From Chiloscyllium plagiosum (lineage: Eukaryota): a stretch of DNA of 64,000 nt. Below are positions 26,601 to 38,888 of this stretch, in pieces. Under the pieces are notes generated by a model. That model did no database searches. It had not been told where the DNA came from and worked only from the letters and a program-made list of their open reading frames with translations. The first letter of the stretch is position 1, and each line of letters begins with the position of its first letter. A program made the position numbers and the translations under genes. The DNA is taken from assembly GCF_004010195.1 (NCBI RefSeq), contig NC_057753.1, forward strand, positions 2,960,087 through 3,024,086, given 5' to 3'.

Positions 26601-28720
26601 AACCTTATCAAATGCCCTGGTGAAGTCCATATACACCACATCCACTGCTCGACCTTCATCGACCTGTCTTGTCACCTACTCAAAGAATTCAATAAGATTT
26701 GTGAGGCATGACCTGCCCCTCACAAAGCCATGATGACTGCCTTTAATCACATTATGCTTTGCCAAATACTCATAAATCCTATCCCTCAGAATTCTTTCCA
26801 AAGCTTTGCTGACCACAGGTGTAAGACTGACTGGTCTGTAATTGCCAGGGATTTCCTTGAAAAGCGGAACGACATTCGCCTCCTTCCAATCCTCTGGTAC
26901 GACTCCCGTGGAGAGTGAGGAGCCAAATATCCTCACCAGCGACTGAGCAACCTCCTTTCTTGCTTACCAGAGCAGCCCAGGATAAGTGTGGTCTGGCCGT
27001 GGAGACTTATCAATCTTAATGTTTTCCAAAATTTCCAGCACATCAACTTCATCACTCCTGATCTGGTCAAGACTGTATCCCAGTTCCTCTAAGGTTTCAT
27101 TCACAACAAGGCCTCCTTCCTTGGTGAAAACCGAAGCAAAAAACTCATTTCGGGCTTCCCCTATCTGCTCAGATTCCGCGCACAAGTTCCCTCCGCGATC
27201 CCTGATCGACCCTACCTTCTCCCTGATCATTTTCTTATTCCTCATGTATGAGTAAAATGTCTTTGGGTTCTCCGAATCCTTCTCGCCAAGCCTTCTTCGT
27301 GCGCCCTCCTTACTCTCTTCAGTCCATTTCTGATCTCCTTTTTAGCAAGCCTGTGATCCTCTAAAGCTGTGCTAGATCCTTGTTTCCTCCACCTTACGTA
27401 AACTGCCTTCCACCTTTTGATGAGAAGCTCCTCTGTGATCTTCATCCAAGGTTCTTTAATCTTACCCCTTCTTACCTGTCTCAGAGGAACAAATTTGCGC
27501 ATCACTCGCAACAACTGCTCCTTAAGTAGTATCCACATGTCTGCTGTGCCCTTCCTGTGGAACAATTGCTCCCAGTCTGTACTTCCCAACTCCTGTCTGA
27601 TAGCGTCATAATTTCCTTTTCCCCAATTAAATATCTTCCCTTAGTAACTCCTCCTTTCCTTCTTCAAGGCTATAGCAAATATGGTAAATTTCCTGCTATC
27701 TTTGTGATCACTGAGATGCTCACCTGTCTTCAGTTTCCCAAGCTTTACATGTGCTTCCATGTTTGGTTTTACCGAGAAACAGTGGCTGCAAATGCACATT
27801 CCTCAGTTCCTGGTTGATTCGATGGTACCTCGTCTTCTCCTAATGTAGTACTTTCACCCAGGACTACATTTATCCTTCTCCGCAATTGAATGCAAACTTA
27901 CAGAATTACAAGCACTTGTCCCGAAATGCTCCCCCACTGAGACTTCAATCACGTGGCCGTGTGTATTGCCCAATTGCAGGGCTTGTACGGCCTCTCCCTA
28001 TTTGGGTTGAATAGATTTCCCCCAGCACAAAGTCAGTCCCATTCAACACAGGGAAACTGTAATAACCCGCGACAATAACGTTGTTGCTTTAACATTTTTA
28101 CATTATCTGTATACTTTTCTCTTCCTCTACCAACCAATAGCTGTTGGGAGGTCTGCAGTACAATCACATAAAAATTCGTACACATTTCCTATTTCCAAGC
28201 TCCACTCGTAGGCCCTCGCTGCATGAGCCCTCTAAGGTTTCCTCCCTCAGTACAGCTGTAATATTTTCGCTTACCACTAAAGGAACTGCCTCAATTCCGT
28301 TACATTCATTTCTATCTAATTTGGAACATTCAGTTCCTGGAATGTTCAGGTGCCAGCGTTGTCCTTTCTTAGTCAAGTATTAGTCTGAGCTATAAGATGA
28401 CAGTTGTATGTGTTCATCCAAACTCAAAATGCATTTTCCTTAGCTGTCATACTTCTCGCATTAAAACAAACATATACTACAGCACTGGTAATAGATCAGA
28501 AGTCTATCCCTGTCTGGTCTTCCTCTTAGTACCACTGGCCTTAATTTCTGACTCCTCCGGACCTTTACTTGACCTAAAACTCTGGCTTCCCCATCCCCAT
28601 CACACCTGCTTGAATCGTCCAAAATAGTACGATCAAATCTTCCTGCATGGGTACATGTGCCCTCCAGTTTGGTTGCAACACATCCTTTATTACAAGTCCC
28701 ATCTCCATGGAAGGCATCCT
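23685..28720 (-). mobile_element. Cluster of nested CR1 fragments (EN, RT, 3' ends) with a Rex1 tail at ~24915-25320
   Basis: ORFs 26211..26675 (VVYMDFTRAFDKV, VPQVSVLG, KFADDAK), 26676..26936 (NYRPVSLT), 26964..27589, 28164..28376. Confidence 0.88.
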
Positions 28721-28759
28721 AATTGTGCTTATTCCTGAAGCAACTGTTCCTGTGCCACC

Positions 28760-29180
28760 CTTTTTGGAAGGTATCCAACTGCACGAACAAATTGCCTGAT
28801 CATTATCAAGTTATCTGTTGGTGCACAGTTTCACAGCACACACCATCTCCCTGTCTCTACACACATCCCTGGAAAATTTTAGTAACAAAGATACCTATTT
28901 TATGCTCTTACTTATTGACTACAGTTTCGACTTCAACACCATAAATTCAAACAAACTGACCTCTATACTCTGACCTCAGTTTCGGTTCACCCCTGTGTAA
29001 GTGGATCTTCGACTTACTGACTGCTTTCAGTAAGAACTACTCCTCTACCGTAATCCTCAGCAACGGTGCCATAAAAGGTTGCCTACTCAGCATTCCCCCA
29101 CACGCACACCCATACTTCTAATATACTTACGACTGTGTGTCCAAATACCGCCTCAAATCCATTTACAAGTTCGCTGGAGC
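28760..29180 (+). mobile_element. Rex1/Babar-like RT fragment
   Basis: Reads LLLIDYSFDFNTI, PLCKWIFDLLT, NGAIKGCLLS, IYKFAG. Confidence 0.7.
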
Positions 29181-32100
29181 TGGATGAACTTCCGTTCAAT
29201 CGGGAGACGAAGGAGGTAACAGAGAGGAGTTGCAGAGAGGTAGTCTCACCTTGGGTACAGGAAAAAGGAAGATGGGTTGCAATCAGGGGACGGAAAGGTA
29301 ACATGCAGACAGTGCAGGGATCCCCTGTGCCCATTCTCCTCAATAATAAGTATACCATTTTCGATACCTTTGGGGGTAGGGGTAGCCTTACCAGGGGAAA
29401 GCCATCGTGGCCAGGTCGCTGGAAGTGAGCCCGGCTCTGTGGCTCAGAAGGGAAAGGGTAAGTATAGAAAAGTGCTACTGGTGGGAGATTCAATAGTTTG
29501 AGATTCGGACAGGAGATTCTGTGATCCCGAACAGGGCTCGTGGAAGATATGTTGCCAGAGTCCGGGATATCTCTGATTGATCCTACAAGATTCTGAAGCG
29601 GGGGAAAGGGGTGAGTGTCAGGAATAAGAGTGTTGAACTTAGAGCATGGATCAGTACTTGGAAGTACGATGTGATGCCCATAACGGAGACATGGATTTCG
29701 CAGGGGCAGGAATGGTTGCTGGATGTTCCAGGGTTTGCATTTTTTGAAAACAACACGGAGGGGCATAAAAGAGGAGGGAGAGTCGGATTGATTCTTAATG
29801 AGTGCAACATAGCTGCAGCAAAGTAGGTTGTTTGCCTAACGATTCAGTATGTGTGGAAGTCAGTAACAGGAAAGGAGCAGTCACTTTATTGGATATTTTC
29901 TACAGACTCCTCCCACCCTCGCTCCCCCCAAAGGGCACCAGAGATATGTAAGAACAGATTGGGCAGCAGATCTTGGAACGGTGTGGATGTAACAGAGTTG
30001 TTTCTATGGGTGACTTCAACTTCCCCAATATTGATTGGAGCCTCCTTCGTGCAGATGGTCCAGAGGGAGCCGATTTTGCAGGTGCGTCAATGAAAAATCT
30101 CTGACTCAATATGTCGATAGTCCTACTAGGGAGGAGGCCAAATCATATTGGATTTGGGGCTAGGCTACTGGTAAGGCGAGATTTCAGATCTCTCAGTGGG
30201 ACAGCATTTCAGTGATAGTGACCCATAACTACCCCATCTATACCACAGCCGTGGAGACGGATAAGAACAGACAGAATGGAAAGGCATTTATTTGGGGGAG
30301 TGGAAATTAAAACTGCAAATGGACAGGAGCTGTGTGTATAAATTGGCAACAATTGTTCTGAGGGAAATGCACAACAGAAACGTCAAGGGTGGGTTAGTAA
30401 ATTTGCCGATGTCACAAAGGTTGGTGATGTTGTAGATAGTGCCAAGGCCTGTTGCAGGCTACAAGACATTGACAGGATGCAGAGCTACACTGAGAAGTGG
30501 CAGATGGAATTCAACCTGGATAAATGCGAAGTGAAGGTCGAATTAGAATGCTGAATACAGGGTTAAAAGCAGGATTCTTGGCAGTGTGGAGAAACAGCGG
30601 GATCTTGAGGTCCACATGAACAGGTCACTGATAGGGTTGATAGGGTTGTTAAGAAGGTATACGGTGTTTTGGTTTTTATTAACAGGGGATTGAGTTTAAG
30701 AGCTACGAGATTTTGCTGCAGCTGTATAAAACCCTGGTTAGACCACACTTAGAATATTGTGCACAATTCTCATCACTTCACTATAGGAAAGATGTAAATG
30801 CTATAGAGAGAGTAAGGAGGACATTTACCAGGATACTGCCTGGCATGGAGGACCTGTCTTATGAAGAGGGGTTGAATAAACTCGGGCTTTTCACTCTGGA
30901 GAGAAGAAGGAAGAGAGGTCGCTTGATAGAGGTGTACAAGGTAATGCGAGGCATAAGTAATGTAGATACCCAGAGATGTTTCCCCAGGGCAGAAATGGCT
31001 GTCACAAGGGTCGTCATTTTAAGGTAACTGGATGAAGGTATAGCTTATGTCAGAGGTAAGATCTTTACATAGATACTGGTAGGTACATGGAATGCCCTGT
31101 CAGAAGTGGTAGTACAGTGAGATATTACCGACAATAATGTGACTGCTGGACAAGCATATGGACGGCAGTAAATTGGGGTGTGGAGGTTAAATTGATCTTA
31201 GAAAAAGCATGGTCTCATGAGGGGTAGTCAGCATGGCTTTGCGCATGGCAGTCATATCTTACTGACTAAGGGAAATCGATGAGTGCAGAACAGTAGATGT
31301 TATCTATATGGGTTTTTGTAAGGCTTTCAACAGTGTCCCTCATGGTAGTCTCATCCAGAAGTTTAATATGCATGGGATCCATGGCGACTTAACTGCATGG
31401 ATGCAGAATTCGCTTGCCCAGAGAAGGCAGAGGATAGTACTGGATATACACAAATAACTTGGATGAAAATTCAAATGGATGATTAAGTAAGTTTTCAAAA
31501 GATGGAACGATTAGTGGAGTTGTCTATAGCGTAGAAGGTTGCCAAATTTTACAGCAGGATATGAATCAGTTGCAGACATAGCCGGACAAATGACAGATGG
31601 AACCTCATTCCTGTCAGTGTGTGGTGCTCCAGTTTGGGAGTTGAATATTAAGGAAAAGTACACAGTTAATGGAAAGACTCCGAACACCATTGAGGTAGAG
31701 AGGGATCCTCCAGTTCACTTCCATAACTCCCTGACTGTAGTCAAGCAAATAGATAGGGTGGTAAAGAGGGCGTTTGTCAGATTGTTCGGGAACAGCGTAC
31801 AAGAGTCAGGTTGTCATGTTGCAGCTTTATCAGACTTCGGTTAGGCCACGTTAACAGTGCTGTGTTCAATTCGGTTTGCCATGTTACCAAAAGGAGTTGG
31901 AGGCTTTGGAGGGGGTGCAGAAGAGGTTTACCACGTGCAGCGTGGATTACATGGTTCAATGTATAAACAGAGGAAGGAAACCTCGAGTTGGATTCTCTGG
32001 AGCAGCTGAAGGAAAACTGAACAGAAGTCTATGAAATTATGAGACGTGCAGACAGGATTGAAGATAAGAATCTGATTCCCAGCGTTGAAATGTCGAAACG

Positions 32101-32390
32101 TGCGGCCATGCATTTATGGTGAGAGTGCGATAGTTCAAAGCACATGTAAGGGGCAAGTTGTTTTTTACACAAAGAGTGGTAGGAGTCCAGAACGCACTGG
32201 CAGGACTGGTACTAGAGGCAAATGCGATAGGGGGCATTTAAATGACGTTTAGAAAAGGACATGAATATGCAAGGAATGAAGGGGAATGGGCCAAGGGCAG
32301 GCAGAAGGGAGAAATTTAACTTGGCATCAGTTTCAGTACAACAGCGTGGGCAGAAGTTTTCGCTCCTGTGATGTGCAGCTCTACTTTCTT
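29180..32390 (+). mobile_element. CR1 fragments: ORF1 esterase (GDS), EN, RT and two 3' ends
   Basis: KVLLVGDSIV, ELRAWISTWKYDVMPITETW, LYKTLVRPHLEYCAQF. 31200-32390 is the inverted paralog of 2970-4230. Confidence 0.85.
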
Positions 32391-33179
32391 TGTTGTATAT
32401 GCAGGAATACAGCTTCTTGCAGTTGTTATCAGCCTTTGGAACAGACTTCTCAAAGGTTATTCTGATCCTGCGCTCTCTGCATCTGTAATACAGCACTCTG
32501 CACTCTGTTCTCCTCCGCTAATGCGCTTTGTCTGACACGATCTGTCCATATGGTGCCTATGGCAGCACGTTTTCACTGTATCTAGGTATATGTGGCAACA
32601 ATAAATCAATCAATTTTACTCTTAGCCTCACTGACATATGGCACAGGAAGTAATCCTGAAAATAAAATTCTAGAGTTTCGGTTCTCGTCTTCTGACCCAA
32701 CTCACGGAATCCCCTTCACAGGACCTCATCTCTTTTTCTACCTGTCTGGTCAGAACCTATATGAACTACAACCTACGGCTGTTCATTCTCCCTATTCACA
32801 GCATTCTCTGCCCGCACTGAGACAAGCTTCATCATGGCACCAGAGGAGCAACGTAACATCCTAATATTTCGTTTGCGACCACTGCAACTCCTATCAGTGC
32901 CCTCACTACAGAATCCACTATCTGCCGGCCTGCAAGATTTTTTTGTCCTGTTATTTTTAACCATTTGTCTTGAATATGAATGCATTACATCTTTATACAC
33001 TTCTGAGAATGCCTCAATAAAGTCGATTTTCTCCACGTAATGAACATTTGCATTTATTGAGCGGTTTGGATTTCAAATGGTTTGGTTATATCTTTGTCCT
33101 GTTAAGACTTTTGCACGAGTTTAAGGCACATTAATTTCAGCATTAGAAAGGGACACATTTCAGAATTCCAATTCACCTG

Positions 33180-33262
33180 CTCTGAGGAGGGATCAGTGAA
33201 CCTGAAACGTTAATTCTGATTTCTCTTCACGAATGCTGTCAGAAACAGCAACTTCTGTTTTT
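33180..33262 (+). mobile_element. Penelope-derived short repeat with degenerate hammerhead core (second subfamily); paralog at ~2115-2205 on -
   Basis: CTGAGGA-GGGATC-AGTG-AACCT-GAAAC-GTT followed by a GATTTCTCTTCAC..ATGCTG tail. Confidence 0.55.
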
Positions 33263-33740
33263 TTTTCTGTTTGCTTCATGTGTTACTTCTGTTGGCCTAA
33301 TACAGAACTTACTCTCTGAGTTACTTCCGGTTCATTTAGGCGATTGTGTTCGTGTCCTGCGGACTTTACAATTTTTCCCAACATATCACCCACTATCTGG
33401 TCTCCATGGACGTTACTAAAAATACTGCTGGTACTGCGTTTATAATGAACCGTTTTCGTGACAAATACTTTCCAGGCAATTGTCAATTTACAAGCCTATG
33501 CTGACAATAATGCCATTGTCCATGAATCAAGAGACATTTCTGTCTGGGTTAACGTTGCTTTCATACTTGATAGACGTTTGTCCATTTTTATTCTGAAGCT
33601 GAAAAGAAACTATTTCCCTGACAGACGACAGCAACGATTAGAGGAATGATTTGTGTGCTGAGACGTTTGAAAGGCATTTTCTTGATGAGCCCATCTATGT
33701 CATTGATAACATCACTTGTTGGTGCAAATTGCAAGATATC

Positions 33741-34638
33741 CAGCGGGTCTTGAGAAGATTTGGACCTCAGGTTGATGTTTTTGATGTAGTTTTGCTCACT
33801 GAGCTTGAAGGTTCATTTCCAGACGTTCCAACATCCACAAACGAAGCTGCATCAGAACATTATTTCAACGAGCGAACACACACAGCAGCACAGAAGAACT
33901 ACGCAGAGGGAAATCACCTATACCGTGTATTCAAAGGGAATGGGCACCCAATGAACACAGTCCGCAGATTTCTCAGCAACAAACCCAAACAAGCAGACAA
34001 GACACGTCCAGAAACCCTAGCCACTTTCCCCTGCAACAAAGACATCTCGGAAATGACTGCCAGACTACTCAGACCCCTTGGCATCATGGTAGCCCACAAA
34101 CTCACCAACACACTAAAACAGTTCATGAACTTGAAAGACCCCTTACAGACAACAAGCAAAGTAATGTCACTTACAAAATACCGTGCAAGGACTGTAACAA
34201 ATATTATTTGGACAAACAAGCAGAAACTTAGCCACCAGGATATTTGAAAACCAACTTGCCACAAAAAGATTATCCGTCCATACGGAGGAGGAAGGACACC
34301 ACTTCGACTGGGACTTCACATCCATCCTAGGACAGGCCAAACAAAGACATGCACAAGAATTCCTCCAAGCATGGCATTCCAACCGGAACTCTATCAGCAA
34401 TCACATCGAGTTAGACCCCATCTACCACATCCTGAGAAAAGGGACCGGAAATGACTTCACCACAGGAAATTACATCACCACAGGAAATGACATCACAAAC
34501 CCAAAGAAACCCAAAGATAGAAATAGAAAGCAGAAATTTTCAGCAGTGCTTCGTCTGAGGCCCACTGAAGATGTTACCTAGTAAGGTGACGAAACATCTG
34601 GAAATGAACCTTCAACCTCAGTGAGCAAACCTACATCC
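33741..34638 (+). mobile_element. Penelope-like element with inverted pseudo-LTR, inserted in psi2
   Basis: ISEMTARLLRPLGIMVAHK linker and TYKIPCKDC...GQTSRNLATRI (GIY-YIG). Inverted repeat 33783-33827 / 34593-34637. TSD-like TGCAAGATATC / TGGAAGATATC. Confidence 0.88.
34561..34601 (+). ncRNA. Minimal type I hammerhead ribozyme motif (third subfamily)
   Basis: CCA-CTGAAGA-T-GTTACC-TAGTAA-GGTGAC-GAAAC-ATC-TGG. The inverted copy preserves AACGTCTGG. Confidence 0.7.
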
Positions 34639-35129
34639 TGGAAGATATCTACTTTATCCCACTTGTGGTCAGTGTTTAATTATTTTACTCATTTTTGCAT
34701 CCCTTGCCTGCTGTTCGTTTTGGCTTTTTCCCTGATTACTCTGACATGCAAGCATATTTTAGTGGTTCAGTACTGCTTGGAAATATTCTGCTATTAGGGC
34801 AATAAAGACAGTCATCATGACCATGCATGGAAATCCTTCATGTTAGTCCTCACCATTCCGGGCGACTTTAAGCACGTGTGTTCCTCAGTTCTCTTATGAA
34901 TGTTTTGCAAATGATTATACGACAAATATGGCACCTAATTATGTTCCAAGAAAGTGTGAACGAGGTTCAGTAGCTCAGTTGCTGCACAAACACATTTATT
35001 GATGCAAAGGTTCAAAGAAAAGTTAGGGAAATTTTCCAAAACATGCTGTACCATCCGAGAAATTAATAAATAAATTGGTTTAATAAATTAGTAATTCGCG
35101 GTCTTCATAATAAATATTGCAATTCGATA

Positions 35130-38100
35130 TGTTGTGACGTGGAGGTCGACCCTCTGTCAATTCAAGCCAAACATAATCTGTAAAAATGTGAGTTAGTGAC
35201 AGAGAACTCCTAGTTTCCACTATTTGAAGAAAAATAGCAATTTAGTTACCTTACTCTAATAGTGAACACTCAACAAAATCTATTCATAAATGCAAGCCCC
35301 TTTTTCTTAACAACTTATTATCTGTCCCCAACTCTATAGAAATGTTGTTCCAATAACACACATTAACTTAATCTCAAGTCCACACACTCTCTGTCTTCCC
35401 GGATGTCCTCAAGCTTCCACCTGCTGATGTCCCAAGGTCTTGTTTCTTTTTACTGCAGGTATGTTTTCCATGAAAAAATCCTTTTGACAGAGAGTGCTTT
35501 CTAATTTCTTTCAGAGCAAGATGTTCGATGGGGAGTTCGCTCTCCAGCTCAATGGCAGTTGCTCTGCTGTTTGGTGTCAGTTACTCTCCGACCAAATTTT
35601 CAAAACGCCCTGGTTTTATAATCTCCAACTTTGCTCCCTGCTTTTGGTCCGATATTGTGAAAATAATAAATTCAAACTCAATTGGGTATTAGTAACCTGA
35701 GCATAATTTTAACTAATTGGTTAAATTCGAATTGTTGTCAAAACAACAATCAAAACTCAGGAGTCAATTTCACAGCCATTATTTGCATGTACACTTTGGA
35801 ATAGAGCATTCTCCAAGCCTTTGCATTCAGCCAGCTGAGTCCGCACTTTAGGTTTACTTCAATATTCATAAAATACTCTCGATCTTAAAGTGAGCATACA
35901 CTCATTCGACCTCATAACACCTCCCCACCCCCACGCTCCCCATTTAAAAATAAAATTAACCATCACAATGAAACTATGGCTTCATTTTGTTTTCCCTGAT
36001 TCATGATACAATGACCATGAAATGCATATGCTATTATTCAAGTTATACCTCTCATACCTCGCCAATCTTATCGATACGTTTTCTTTTAAATTTGCAATGT
36101 CACATCTGCTATCACATTTTTATGACCCACAATATGTACAATTAAAAGTCTGCAAATTCAGACTCCATCCATGTAGTCGCATATATTTATCTTAAAATCT
36201 TTCCAAAAACGTGAAAGGTTTGTGGTCCGTGTGCACTACTCTCTCCGACGCATTGTTTGTCACATAAATATTGAAATGTTGTAAGGCCAGTACAAAACTC
36301 AATTAGTCTTTTTTTCGATGGTGGAGCATTTTCCTTGGTGCGGACTGAATTTCTTTGAAAGTAGCCAATTGGCCACTCACTTCCATCATCGTCTTCCTGC
36401 ATCAATACAGATCCAACCACTATACCGCTAGCATTGGTTGCAACTTTGAAGGCTTTCATAAAAAAATTGGTGTAGCTAAAACTACTGGAGTATGTCGCTT
36501 AAGTTGTCAAATGCCTCCTGACATTGTTATGTCTACCGAAATGTTGTCTTCTTCTTTAGTAAATTCATCAGCAGTGCCACCACGCAGCTGAAATTTGGAA
36601 TAAACTTCCAAACACGGTTAATCCGAAAAAATGTAGGACCTCTTTCTTCGAGGATAGTTGCACAAAATTCCTCAATAGCTTTGCTTTTCACAATTGTTCA
36701 AAGAGCTCTTCCAACTGTGCCATGTGACCATTCCATGAATGGCTAAAGATCATTGTATCGTCGAGATGAACTGAACAATTTAACAACCATAAATCTGTTC
36801 ATGAGACTTTGGCATGTGGCAGTTGGGATCTTCATTCCAAAGGACATCACGTCGAATTGATCTCATCCATTTGGGGTTGTAAATATAGAAACTTCACTCT
36901 CATAAAGGTACTTGCCGATAACCACGCAGTAAGTGCAACTTTGTGATCTAATTGTCTTTCTAACTTTCTCTATGCAGTCCTCCAACTTGTATTGCATAGG
37001 AGTCCGATTTAGTTACAGTGTTGACCTTCCAATAATCAACACAAAATCGTTCAGTCCCATCAAGTTTGGGACTAACACGACCGGCAAACTCCACCCACTC
37101 TGAGTCAGTTCGATGAGGAGTAAGCCTGTAGGTGTGTTGTTTTACTGGGACAATAGTCCCTACTCCTACCTCATGCGCAATAGTTTTAGTTCTTCATTTT
37201 CTATTCCTGAATATAGCCTCATTATGCTGTAACAAACCTTTCAACTCAGTTCTTTGATCCTGAGTCAGATAGTGCATGATCCTATTCAATTCTTCAAGGA
37301 CTTCTTCGCCCTTTAACGAACATTAAAATCCACACCATCTGGATTGGTTCCTCACTCTACAGGGCAGTAACTAACATCTGCTTTTTTTTTTCCAGTTGCC
37401 TGTCTCTATTATAGTAAAGTTTCAACATATTCACATGACATAACTGAAACAGTTTTTTTTTTCTCTACCTGGCATCATTAGCAAATGGATTACCTGCCTC
37501 AACTTTTTCTCAATTTGATAGGTACCACGAAATCTGGCTTTGAATGGATCTCCTACTACTGGTAACGGGACTAATATATCATCTCCACGGGAAAACGTCC
37601 GAATTTGTTTTTTTTCTACCTCCTGCTTCTTACTATGCTGTGCCCTCTTCCGGTGCTGTTTAGCGAATTCGACTAACCGATTCAATCTCTCCCTCGCCTC
37701 AGATATTTAATCCATGTGTGAGATATCTGACTTCAATCCTATCAATTTTTCTTTAAATGGTTTCTAAGGCCCGCTCACTTCATGCCTGTATATTAACTCA
37801 AAGGGAGTAAACTGAGTAGACTCGTTTGGTCACGTCGTAAGGTAAAAAATGTGAATGCAACACCTTGATCCCAATCATTCTGTTATTCCTGACAGTACGT
37901 TTTTACCAGGTTTTCAGTGTCTGATGCCACCTTTCCAATGCTCCTAAGGATTGAGGATGGTACGCACTTGATTTAAAGTACTGTATGCAGAAACAATCCA
38001 TGACTTCCTTAAAAAGACGAGCAGTAAAATTAGACCCTTCATGTGACTGAATCTCTCTGGGTAGCCATACCACGTGAAGAAAGCTACTAACTCCTCCATC

Positions 38101-38345
38101 AATCGTTTTGCCCTAATATTTCATAATGGAATTGCCTCCAGAAACCTGGCAGATACATCCATTATGTTTTGTAAGAACTTGGTGTCCCCGTTTAGCTTTA
38201 GGGAGGGATTCAAACAATTAATGGGAACCCACGTGAAAGGTTCTTCGAATGCGGGAATTGGCTGCAAAGGTGCTGGTTTAATTACCACCTGTGGCTGACC
38301 TATCATTTGCCATGTATGGCATGTAAGACAAACGGTCACCGTATT
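35130..38345 (-). mobile_element. Gmr1-type Gypsy retrotransposon, 3' half (INT-RT-RNaseH-PPT-3'LTR 35130-35919)
   Basis: Integrase (CLTCHTWQ...PIPAFEEPF, MDVSARFLEAIPL) lies upstream of RT and RNaseH (FKVATNASGIVVGSVLMQED). Purine tract at 35920-35934 on minus, adjacent to the LTR. Confidence 0.87.
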
Positions 38346-38352
38346 CTTGTGC

Positions 38353-38442
38353 ATTCCTGATGAAGGGCCTATGCCCGAAACGTCGATTCTCCTGCTCCTT
38401 GTGTGCTGCCTGACCTCCTGTGCTTTTCCAGCCCTACACTGC
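38353..38442 (+). ncRNA. Hammerhead-bearing Penelope-derived short element, intact core
   Basis: ATTC-CTGATGA-A-GGGC-CTAT-GCCC-GAAAC-GTC-GATT plus the family tail. Confidence 0.75.
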
Positions 38443-38888
38443 AACAGGATGGAAAGTGGGAAAGGGCAGGCCCTTCACTACAAAACAAAGACTAGATCAC
38501 ACTGGGAGCAGTTTACCACAGGTAGAAAAACAAGCCCTGGGGGTGAAAAGGAAGTGAACGGCCTCAGGTGTTTCCACTGTAATAGGGCGGGACACGTAAA
38601 AATACGGCCCTAGTCATTGAAGGAAGGGACTCTGGGTAAAATGTGGTAAGTTAAGTCAGTGGGGTTAGTGAAAGTAGTAATGGAAACCCCAGGAAAAGTT
38701 GAGAAGGTGCAGGGGAGTGCACAGCCTAGGAGCGGGCTGATTAATGAGTTAGTGCCCGATCTCTTATGAGACTTCAAGTCAGTGATTTAGTTTAATCAGG
38801 AAGAACAGCGAGAGGAGGGAAAGCAATTACAATTTTAAGGTATCTCCCCAGTCTCTACTTGTAAGAGATAAAAATATTTGCACTCTTT

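Larger units (their letters stand above)
33331..35065 (+). pseudogene. GPCR pseudogene psi2 (paralog of psi1), interrupted by a Penelope element
   Basis: Reads SRDISVWVNVAFILDR, EPIYVIDNITCWC, LSCCTNTFIDAKVQRK. Collinear with the reverse complement of 870-2056. The acceptor AG appears mutated. Confidence 0.85.
19130..35630 (+). repeat. Right arm of inverted segmental duplication (partner ~244-10058)
   Basis: Same alignments as the left arm. Contains ~7 kb (24070-31200) absent from the left arm. Confidence 0.88.

Noticed and set aside
29083..29766. 227-aa minus-strand ORF
   Set aside because: Antisense to CR1 ORF1/EN and Rex1 remnants, with no recognisable motifs.
33651..34247. 198-aa ORF as a novel gene
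   Set aside because: Chance fusion of GPCR pseudogene ECL2, an inverted pseudo-LTR and a Penelope ORF fragment.
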